A stretch of DNA of 64,000 nt, taken from assembly GCA_003282445.1 (NCBI GenBank), contig QBZE01000003.1, positions 11,455-75,454 on the forward strand, read 5' to 3'. Shown here piece after piece: positions 36,922 through 44,246 of this stretch; positions within the stretch are counted from its first letter, which is position 1, and every line of letters starts with the position of its first letter. Made by a program: the position numbers and the translations under genes. Below the pieces are notes generated by a model, which was not told where the DNA came from, ran no database searches, and saw only the letters and a program-made list of their open reading frames with translations. This DNA is from OCS155 cluster bacterium AG-333-G23. Its GTDB lineage: Bacteria; Actinomycetota; Acidimicrobiia; Actinomarinales; Actinomarinaceae.

Positions 36922-37162
36922 TTAATATTTTTCCTAAATATTTAGTTTTTCTTTTACCGGACTCAGTCCATTCAGCATACCAGTAAGGGCCATGGGGACA
37001 AGAATTGCATGACTCCCTACCACATTTTATATCCTTACTTCTATAGGATATTTTCTTTGGTTTTGAATCTCCGCCTAATTTGTTATCAATTAAAAGTTTG
37101 AGTCTTTTTAGATCTGATTCATCTAATTCTGCAATTGCTTCTATGATATCTTTATCTACCAT
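36905..37162 (-). CDS. Small Cys-rich protein with a C..C..C.HGPYWY motif
   Basis: 85 aa. KCGRESCNSCPHGPYWYAEWTESGKRKTKYLG. Overlaps the start of the GT-C gene by 17 nt. Confidence 0.5.
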   Translation of the reverse strand: MVDKDIIEAIAELDESDLKRLKLLIDNKLGGDSKPKKISYRSKDIKCGRESCNSCPHGPYWYAEWTESGKRKTKYLGKILNEIIE

Positions 37163-37206
37163 TATTAAAATGTTACATGAATATCTAATAGAGTTAATTT
37201 AAGTAT

Positions 37207-38103
37207 ATGAAAAAAATTGTTTATTTATCAGGAGGTATAGGGGGAGCTAAGCTTGCAAAGGGCTTTTATCATTCAAAAGATGTAGATTTAACAATAATTA
37301 TTAACACTGGCGACGATGAAGTAATACACGGAGTTCCTCTATCACCAGATATTGACTCTGTAATGTATGCATTAGGTGGAATTGAAGGCGAAATGGGCTG
37401 GGGCATTGCTAACGACACATTTTCTGTAAGTGATGAATATAAAAAATTTATTCCCCAGAATTTTAGTATCGGCGATAAAGACTTAGCATTAAACCTTTAT
37501 AGGAATCAATTACTTTCGGAAGGCAAGTCTTTAACTGAAATCACAAAACTTTTTGCAGAACACCTAAATTTGGAATGTAATTTAATTCCAATGACAGATG
37601 ACACTGTAAGTACAAAATTAAAAACTGATGATGGTTCATTATTAGACTTTCAGGAATATTTTGTAGAAAAAAAAGCAAAACCTAAATTAACTGAGGTTGT
37701 TTACAATGGTGCTGAAAAAGCAAAAGTTTCCGATCAATTAATTAAGAATATTGAAGAATCAGAAATAGTAGTTATTGGTCCTTCAAACCCAATACTCTCT
37801 ATAGGGCCAATACTTTCATTAAATAAACTTAAAGAAAAATTGTCTGAACATAATAATGTTTATGTAATAAACCCTTTTATTGAAAATAAAGCAATCAAAG
37901 GCCCTTCAAAAAATAACTTTGAAGACTTAGGCTATACATCAGATATCCAAGGAATAAAAAATTTCTACAAAGATGTTGGGAATAAATATATTGTTCATCC
38001 TGGAGATTCAGATGGAGCTGAAGACACAGTTGAGCACAATATTTTATTTAATGAATTAGAAAATTCAAAAAAATTAGTAGAGTTCATTGTTAACCATGAA
38101 TAA
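37207..38103 (+). CDS. cofD: 2-phospho-L-lactate transferase (F420 biosynthesis, CofD/FbiA)
   Basis: LSGGIGGAKLAKG....(I/V)I(I/V)NTGDD....G(V/L).(L/V)SPD(I/L)DSVMYALGG....GWG is the CofD signature. Confidence 0.88.
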   Translation: MKKIVYLSGGIGGAKLAKGFYHSKDVDLTIIINTGDDEVIHGVPLSPDIDSVMYALGGIEGEMGWGIANDTFSVSDEYKKFIPQNFSIGDKDLALNLYRNQLLSEGKSLTEITKLFAEHLNLECNLIPMTDDTVSTKLKTDDGSLLDFQEYFVEKKAKPKLTEVVYNGAEKAKVSDQLIKNIEESEIVVIGPSNPILSIGPILSLNKLKEKLSEHNNVYVINPFIENKAIKGPSKNNFEDLGYTSDIQGIKNFYKDVGNKYIVHPGDSDGAEDTVEHNILFNELENSKKLVEFIVNHE

Positions 38104-38794
38104 GGTTTCAATTTTTCCAATAATGAATTTACCTGAGTTTGATACAGGCCATGAAATAGTTGAAGAGTTAATTAAAAGCCTAGAAGAAAACAAAATTTCA
38201 TTAGAAGATAGTGACGTCATAGTAATTACTCAAAAAATTATCTCCAAAGTTGAGGGAAGAAAAATAGATATTAATAAGGAAGATATAGAAGAAGTAATCA
38301 AAAGCGAATCATTACAAATTATTAGAAAAAGGGGAGAAACAGTAATCGCAAAAACTAAACACGGCTTTATATGCGCAAATGCTGGAATAGATAAATCAAA
38401 TATTGAAGAAGGTTCTGCTCTCCTTCTTCCAGAAGACCCTGATAAAACTTCAAGAGACATAAGAAAGAAGATAGAACATAAAACAGGAAAAAAAATTAGC
38501 GTAATTATTTGTGATACTTTTGGTAGAGCTTGGAGGAAAGGCCAAACAAATGTAGCCATAGGCTCTTCTGGAATTGAACCATTAGAGAGCTATATAGGCG
38601 AAAAAGATACATTTGATAATGAATTATTTGCTACAGAGATTGCAATCGTTGACGAATTGGCTGGTGCGGCTGAATTAGTTATGAAAAAATCAGACAATAT
38701 ACCAATCGTAGTTATTAAAGGTGTGAAATATAATATATCTGATTTAGGAGTTGATGAACTTATAAGAGATGCTCAGGAAGACTTCTTTTTATAA
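38096..38794 (+). CDS. cofE: Coenzyme F420-0:L-glutamate ligase (CofE), single-domain form
   Basis: VIVITQKIISKVEGR, ANAGIDKSN and CDTFGRAWRKGQTNVAIG motifs. About 232 aa, so no room for the C-terminal nitroreductase-like domain. The ATG at 38096 overlaps the cofD stop. Confidence 0.85.
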   Translation: MNKVSIFPIMNLPEFDTGHEIVEELIKSLEENKISLEDSDVIVITQKIISKVEGRKIDINKEDIEEVIKSESLQIIRKRGETVIAKTKHGFICANAGIDKSNIEEGSALLLPEDPDKTSRDIRKKIEHKTGKKISVIICDTFGRAWRKGQTNVAIGSSGIEPLESYIGEKDTFDNELFATEIAIVDELAGAAELVMKKSDNIPIVVIKGVKYNISDLGVDELIRDAQEDFFL

Positions 38795-38801
38795 ACTGGT
38801 A

Positions 38802-39926
38802 TCAAGAATTAAATAAATCTTCTATTACAGAACTTACATACTCTGAAAAAATTGGTTTTGCATCATTCCAAGATATTTCATAAATATTTTCAAATGCATC
38901 TTCAAAGTTTTTCCCATTAGCCATTAAAGAATACATACGCATAGCAGAATCAGATCCCGACATTGCACTCATAGCTTCAACAGTTAAATATCCAATAGAG
39001 TATCCAAGAACATAATCAGGATTTTTTATACATATGCCAGGAATGCTTTCATTGTAATAATTTAAAATTGTAGAAGCTGAATAGTCATTGTAAGGTGGCT
39101 GGATATGTCTCCCCGTTACTTGTGATTTACGAATTTCTAAATACTTTTCATAAGTGTCTACTCCTATTGATAGACCAGCTGCATGTGCAATCCCCTCATT
39201 TAACCAGCATGGAGAAGCATCATTAGCATTTTGTTGAGGATTCGTAGCATTTCCAATCCATTGAGCTGCAACAACTGAATGTGTTACTTCATGAATATGA
39301 AGAGGGCCATATCTATAAGCATCTATAGAGTCTGAACTATCAATACCAAATACACCTACACCAAAATGAGGTGGTCTATGATAAATTCCTGAATTAGCTC
39401 CATTACAAATACCGTCTTCATATCCGCATGGTGCTCTAGCCATACCACCTTCAAATCCAGAACTAGTTAATTCGTTTATAGCCCAATCAAGGTCGTTATA
39501 ACTATAGAAAAATGCATAATATTTTTCGGGTAGATTAAAATTTTGCCAAAAATTTATACCTTTTTGAATATAGGATTCATTGTCTAAAAAATACAATTCT
39601 GTTGTAGGTCCAATATTTATAATTATTTCTAAATTTTCAACATTGTCTGTGTTTGTATTTTCATTTAATATCCTTTGTGAATCATCCCAAGCAAGTTTTG
39701 GAACTTCTGAGGGTTTTGAGCTTAATTCAGAAATACTTAAGTAAGTACAGGAATCACATAGATTTCCAACAACTGAGATTGTAGTTGTTGTATCTTGAAC
39801 AGTTGTAGTTGTTGTATCTTGAACAGTTGTAGTTGTTGTATCTTGAACAGTTCTAGTTGTTGTATCACTCCCACCACATGAAGTAAAAATTACATAAAGA
39901 GATAAAATTATTAATGCTTTTTTCAT
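38802..39926 (-). CDS. Lipoprotein with a Thr-rich tandem-repeat linker and a gluzincin-like HExxH...EGxA motif
   Basis: Lipobox IFTSC. (TVQDTTTT)x3 linker. LHIHEVTHSVV followed by WLNEGIAHAAG. Confidence 0.65.
   Translation of the reverse strand: MKKALIILSLYVIFTSCGGSDTTTRTVQDTTTTTVQDTTTTTVQDTTTTISVVGNLCDSCTYLSISELSSKPSEVPKLAWDDSQRILNENTNTDNVENLEIIINIGPTTELYFLDNESYIQKGINFWQNFNLPEKYYAFFYSYNDLDWAINELTSSGFEGGMARAPCGYEDGICNGANSGIYHRPPHFGVGVFGIDSSDSIDAYRYGPLHIHEVTHSVVAAQWIGNATNPQQNANDASPCWLNEGIAHAAGLSIGVDTYEKYLEIRKSQVTGRHIQPPYNDYSASTILNYYNESIPGICIKNPDYVLGYSIGYLTVEAMSAMSGSDSAMRMYSLMANGKNFEDAFENIYEISWNDAKPIFSEYVSSVIEDLFNS
39781..39866 (-). repeat. 24-nt tandem repeat, ~3.6 copies, encoding T(T/V)QDTTTT
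   Basis: The unit gtagttgttgtatcttgaacagtt is repeated head to tail at 39781, 39805 and 39829, with a partial fourth copy. It is in frame within the lipoprotein gene. Confidence 0.9.
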
Positions 39927-40858
39927 TTACTGAACCAACTAATTAATTCATCTAACCCAGTGTCTAGTGTATATTTAGGCTCCCAACCAATCTGACTCTT
40001 AGCTCTTTCGTTGTTTAGTACACTTCTGAGTAATTCACCTTCTCTCTTAGGCGCATATTCTGGTTCTCCATCCCATGAAATTTTTTGTGAAAGAATTGAG
40101 ACCAATTCATTTACTGAAGTCTCTACACCTGTCCCAATATTTAAAAATAAATTATCATCAGTTTCCGCAGATTTTATTAATGCATCTACTACATCTAGTA
40201 CATATATGTAGTCTCTTGTTTGTTTTCCGTCCCCATAAATAGTTGGGGTTTCGTTGTTCATAAGCTTTCCTGTAAATATAGACATGACACCAGCTTCACC
40301 ATGAGGATCTTGTCTTGGCCCGTAAACATTTGATAAGTTCAATATTGAATAAGACATTGTTTCATTTTGTAACATTACTTCGATCAATTCATTTAGCTTT
40401 TTCTTTGCTAAACCATAAGGAGATGCTGGTTCGCCTGCATAATCATCTTCTGAAGTAGGAATAACTTCAGGCTCACCAAAAATTGTTCCCCCAGAAGAAG
40501 TGAAAATAAATTGCTTACAATCAGTTTCTAACAATGTTTTAATTAATTGAACTGGCTGTAATAAATTATGTTCAAAATCAAGTAGTGGATCTTCTACTGA
40601 AATTACCACAGAAGATTGTGCAGCTAAATGAAAACAAACATCAGGGTTAAAATTCTTAATAATCTTTAAAGTCTCTTCTGAACCAACATCTCCATATATT
40701 GTGTTCTCTAAATCTAGTGAGAGTAAATTTTCTTTTTTTCCAGTTAATAAATTATCAACAACTAAAACCTCAATATTATTTTGATGTAGTTTCTCTGTTA
40801 AATGTGCACCAATAAATCCAGCACCTCCAGTAACAAGAGCTTTTTTATAATTCATCAT
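39923..40858 (-). CDS. NAD-dependent sugar-nucleotide epimerase/dehydratase (GalE-like SDR)
   Basis: VTGGAGFIGAHL Rossmann motif and the catalytic YGLAKK (YxxxK). Confidence 0.85.
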   Translation of the reverse strand: MMNYKKALVTGGAGFIGAHLTEKLHQNNIEVLVVDNLLTGKKENLLSLDLENTIYGDVGSEETLKIIKNFNPDVCFHLAAQSSVVISVEDPLLDFEHNLLQPVQLIKTLLETDCKQFIFTSSGGTIFGEPEVIPTSEDDYAGEPASPYGLAKKKLNELIEVMLQNETMSYSILNLSNVYGPRQDPHGEAGVMSIFTGKLMNNETPTIYGDGKQTRDYIYVLDVVDALIKSAETDDNLFLNIGTGVETSVNELVSILSQKISWDGEPEYAPKREGELLRSVLNNERAKSQIGWEPKYTLDTGLDELISWFSK

Positions 40859-41718
40859 TTTTTATATATCTCCTCATTAATCTCTTCATTACTTTCTATA
40901 TTTGAATTAGTACATATTATAGAATTGTTGATTACAACATTATTTCCAATAGAGCAGTCTCCTAAAATTACAGAATTTTCTACTTTTGTATTTTCACCAA
41001 TTATTACACCATCTGCTATCCAGTTAGATTTATTTTCAGTATGAGCAAATATATAAGACTCTCTTGTTCCTACATCTATCATTTCACCATCAACTTTATA
41101 ACAATCTAGTAAATGACTTCTTGCTAGTTCTGGGAATAACGCTTTTTCAAACGAACAAGGTATTTCTAATTTATTTTTTACTTTTTGTATATCTTCTCTA
41201 AATAAACAATAAACACCCAGACTAATATTGTTCCCATATTCTAAATCTTGAGGCTTTTCAATGAAATTTATAATCTTGGATCCATCCAAATCTAAAACTC
41301 CGTATCTCGATGGATCGTCCACTGGAATGGAACAGATTGTAGAGTTTTTTGCATTACTTACTTCATTCACAAACAAGCTAAAGTCCATATTTATTAGCAG
41401 ATCACCATTCATGCATATAAATTGATCTTCAAAATCATCAATATTTTGAACTATATAACCTGCAGTATCAAGTTTTTCTCTCTCAAAATGTAATTTAATG
41501 TTAAATTTTGAATTTTTTTGATATTGCTTCCACTGAGCCTCATGCTTTATTGAACAAATTAAATTTATATTATCAAAATTTGTATCAGATAAATTATCCA
41601 AAATTATATTTATTAAAGGTTCTTCTTTTATTGTTAAGAGAGCCTTAGGTATTCCTTCAGATAAAGGTCTTAGTCTTGTAGCTTCCCCACCAACTAGTAA
41701 ATAAATATCTTTAATCAT
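40855..41718 (-). CDS. Sugar-1-phosphate nucleotidyltransferase (mannose-1-phosphate guanylyltransferase-like)
   Basis: LVGGEATRLRPLS is the G.G.RL.PL motif. The C-terminus has hexapeptide-repeat-like sequence. Confidence 0.8.
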   Translation of the reverse strand: MIKDIYLLVGGEATRLRPLSEGIPKALLTIKEEPLINIILDNLSDTNFDNINLICSIKHEAQWKQYQKNSKFNIKLHFEREKLDTAGYIVQNIDDFEDQFICMNGDLLINMDFSLFVNEVSNAKNSTICSIPVDDPSRYGVLDLDGSKIINFIEKPQDLEYGNNISLGVYCLFREDIQKVKNKLEIPCSFEKALFPELARSHLLDCYKVDGEMIDVGTRESYIFAHTENKSNWIADGVIIGENTKVENSVILGDCSIGNNVVINNSIICTNSNIESNEEINEEIYKK

Positions 41719-43090
41719 TACTTAGAAGTTTAATAACCTCTTTAAATTCAGAATCAACATCTATTAATAATATTTTTTCCCATATATCTTTAGCTCTTTC
41801 TTCGGAAAAATGAGATGACATATTATTTATAAATTTTTGTTTTAATAAAGGCTCCGCTTCTTCTCTTCTATTTGGATGCCCTATCGGAGTTTCAACTGTT
41901 TCTTTTTTAGAAAAAGAACCATCATTATATTCAAAATAAACTGTGTTGGCTATATGCCTTTTTGAGGTATCATAATAATTTTCTGTAAATTCTTTGTTCT
42001 CTTGTACTTTTATTTTTCTTCTCAAATTTTCAATTTGTTTTAATCCAGAAAAATTATCTTCATAAGTTTTGGAATTAACTTCCTTAAAAAGAAGTCCTGC
42101 TGCAACCATAAATTCTAATGAATGATCTCTGTCTGATGCATTCTTTAATTTATCTTTATTACTTATAATTCTTATTGCTGGTTCATGGGTTTCAATAATA
42201 ATTCCTTCAATCTCTTGTTCTCTTTCTTTATACAAATCAGATAATTTTACTGAAGCTTCTATAGCTGATTGTCCATGAAACTCTGCCGGATAAAGGACTT
42301 TGAACAAGACATTCTCTATCACCCAATCATTTAAATCTTTACCAAAGCTTAAATTTTCGCCATTTAAAAATACTTTTTCAAATCCCCAATTTTCATCTTT
42401 TTGTATTTCTGAATAAATTTCATCTTCGAATTCACTTATTGAAGCTAACTCAATACCTCTAGAAACTGCATCTCCAGCAGCCCAACTCTTTCTTTTTCCT
42501 ACATTTGGTTCATGTCGATATGCTCTAAGATTCAGGCCGTCTAGCAAAATATTATTTACCGTTCTCTTAATTATTTCTGAGTCATTATTAGAAATTAGTG
42601 AAGAAAATACTGAGGCTGATGCAAGTTTTACATTGAACACATGATCATACCCCTTTTTATTTAGTGAAGTACCCAATGCAAGACACCCTTGTATTTCATA
42701 CATTTTTATTAATGAGTCAATAAAAGTACTAACTTTGAAACTATTGTTTTCTATAAAATAACTAAATATAGTTCCGATGTTATCTGAAGGGTGAGCCCAT
42801 TCTTTTGCTAAGAAAGTATCGTTATAATCAAACCATCTAGTAAGTACTGAGAAAAATCTTGCTTTTTCTTTTAAAGATTTAATATCTTTCATATAAGCGA
42901 TAGGGTTCTCTAAGGTATCTTTTAATCCATATGTAGCAAAAATTGTTGCAGACGTATTTAATGAAGCATTAAAAACACATCCTAATGTATCCAATAGAGC
43001 AAGCTTGGAAGCTTTAATGTTTTTTTCGTTAAGATGAATATCATTAGATAAATAATCAGAAATTATTTGATCAATATTTTTTTCATCCAA
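41711..43090 (-). CDS. prpD: MmgE/PrpD-family dehydratase (2-methylcitrate dehydratase-like)
   Basis: 459 aa. The N-terminal A..ALLDTLGC pattern and length are typical of PrpD. Adjacent to a citrate-synthase-family gene. Confidence 0.75.
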   Translation of the reverse strand: MDEKNIDQIISDYLSNDIHLNEKNIKASKLALLDTLGCVFNASLNTSATIFATYGLKDTLENPIAYMKDIKSLKEKARFFSVLTRWFDYNDTFLAKEWAHPSDNIGTIFSYFIENNSFKVSTFIDSLIKMYEIQGCLALGTSLNKKGYDHVFNVKLASASVFSSLISNNDSEIIKRTVNNILLDGLNLRAYRHEPNVGKRKSWAAGDAVSRGIELASISEFEDEIYSEIQKDENWGFEKVFLNGENLSFGKDLNDWVIENVLFKVLYPAEFHGQSAIEASVKLSDLYKEREQEIEGIIIETHEPAIRIISNKDKLKNASDRDHSLEFMVAAGLLFKEVNSKTYEDNFSGLKQIENLRRKIKVQENKEFTENYYDTSKRHIANTVYFEYNDGSFSKKETVETPIGHPNRREEAEPLLKQKFINNMSSHFSEERAKDIWEKILLIDVDSEFKEVIKLLSND

Positions 43091-43095
43091 TAGGA

Positions 43096-44169
43096 TTATT
43101 CTCTCTCTTCAATACCAATGTATTTTGCAGCAGGTCTAATTAGTGTATCTTGTTCACGCTGTTCAAAACAATGAGCAGACCATCCCACAGATCTTCCTGC
43201 AACAAATATAGGTGTAAATAAATCTACTTCAAAGCCTAACTCTGAAAGAAGTAGGCCTCCATAAAAATCAACATTAGGAAAAAGTTTTTTTTCTTTTGTC
43301 ATAATTTCGTCAATTTTTTTTGCAATTTCAAATCTATTTTTTGAAAAATCAGTTTCAATTAAGGATTCAACCCATTTTTTTACTACATCACTTCTTGGAT
43401 CTTGGATTTTATAAACCCCATGGCCAAATCCCATTATTTTTTTCTTTTCTTCTAGCATTTTTAGAATTTCATTTTCTGCTTCCTCAATGCTGTTAAAACT
43501 GTTTACTAATTTTACAGCTTCTTCATTTGCACCACCATGCAACTCTCCTTTTAAGGTTCCAATTCCAGAGACAATTGCACTAGTCAAGTCTGATCTTGTT
43601 GATGCTGTAACTCTTGCAGCGAAAGTCGATGCATTGAATCCATGCTCAGCGTATAAAATTAACATATCATCCAGTGCTTCTATTTTTTCTTTATTTGCAT
43701 TGTTAGGAAGCATTGAGCTAGCTACTAAATAGCTATCATCTAATTCATCACAATCATCCTTGTGATAGGAAGCAATAATATAACAAACTGTTGCATTTAT
43801 TCTTGCAGTTAATTCAACCTTGTCTTGATTATCTAATTTTTTTTTCATTAATGTTGTTAGTTCACCCATATAAGAAACTACTGTTCTAATGACATCCATT
43901 GGAGATAGCTTTTCTTTAACTTCTTCTAAAAGTTGGTTTAAATTTTTATCTTTACTTATTTGTAAATAATATTTTGAAAAGCTCTTTTTATAATCTGCTT
44001 CATCTAGAGAATCATTAATTACTAATGATGCAACAGCTTCATAAGTACTATTTTTAGTAAGTTCTATAGCGTCATATCCTCTGTACCTTAAGGAGGTTCC
44101 CTCCATTCCTACAGTAGAAATTGCAGTTTCTCCTGCAACAACGCCTCTAAGTCCTGGTGAATAATCCAT
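43096..44169 (-). CDS. prpC: Citrate synthase family protein (2-methylcitrate synthase-like)
   Basis: GLRGVVAGETAIS...L.YRGYD, and the motifs HGGANE and GFGHGVYK..DPR. I chose the start at MDYSPGL (44169). The track's extension to 44280 overlaps the divergent PBP gene. Confidence 0.85.
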   Translation of the reverse strand: MDYSPGLRGVVAGETAISTVGMEGTSLRYRGYDAIELTKNSTYEAVASLVINDSLDEADYKKSFSKYYLQISKDKNLNQLLEEVKEKLSPMDVIRTVVSYMGELTTLMKKKLDNQDKVELTARINATVCYIIASYHKDDCDELDDSYLVASSMLPNNANKEKIEALDDMLILYAEHGFNASTFAARVTASTRSDLTSAIVSGIGTLKGELHGGANEEAVKLVNSFNSIEEAENEILKMLEEKKKIMGFGHGVYKIQDPRSDVVKKWVESLIETDFSKNRFEIAKKIDEIMTKEKKLFPNVDFYGGLLLSELGFEVDLFTPIFVAGRSVGWSAHCFEQREQDTLIRPAAKYIGIEERE

Positions 44170-44246
44170 TGATAAATATATTTTACCTACATTTTTTATA
44201 ATACGACTAATACAATTTTGAATTTTATAGATACTAAAATCGTTGC

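Noticed and set aside
39781-39866. CRISPR-like direct repeats
   Set aside because: The 24-nt units are contiguous with no spacers, lie in frame inside a lipoprotein gene and encode a Thr-rich linker. No cas genes are present in the window.
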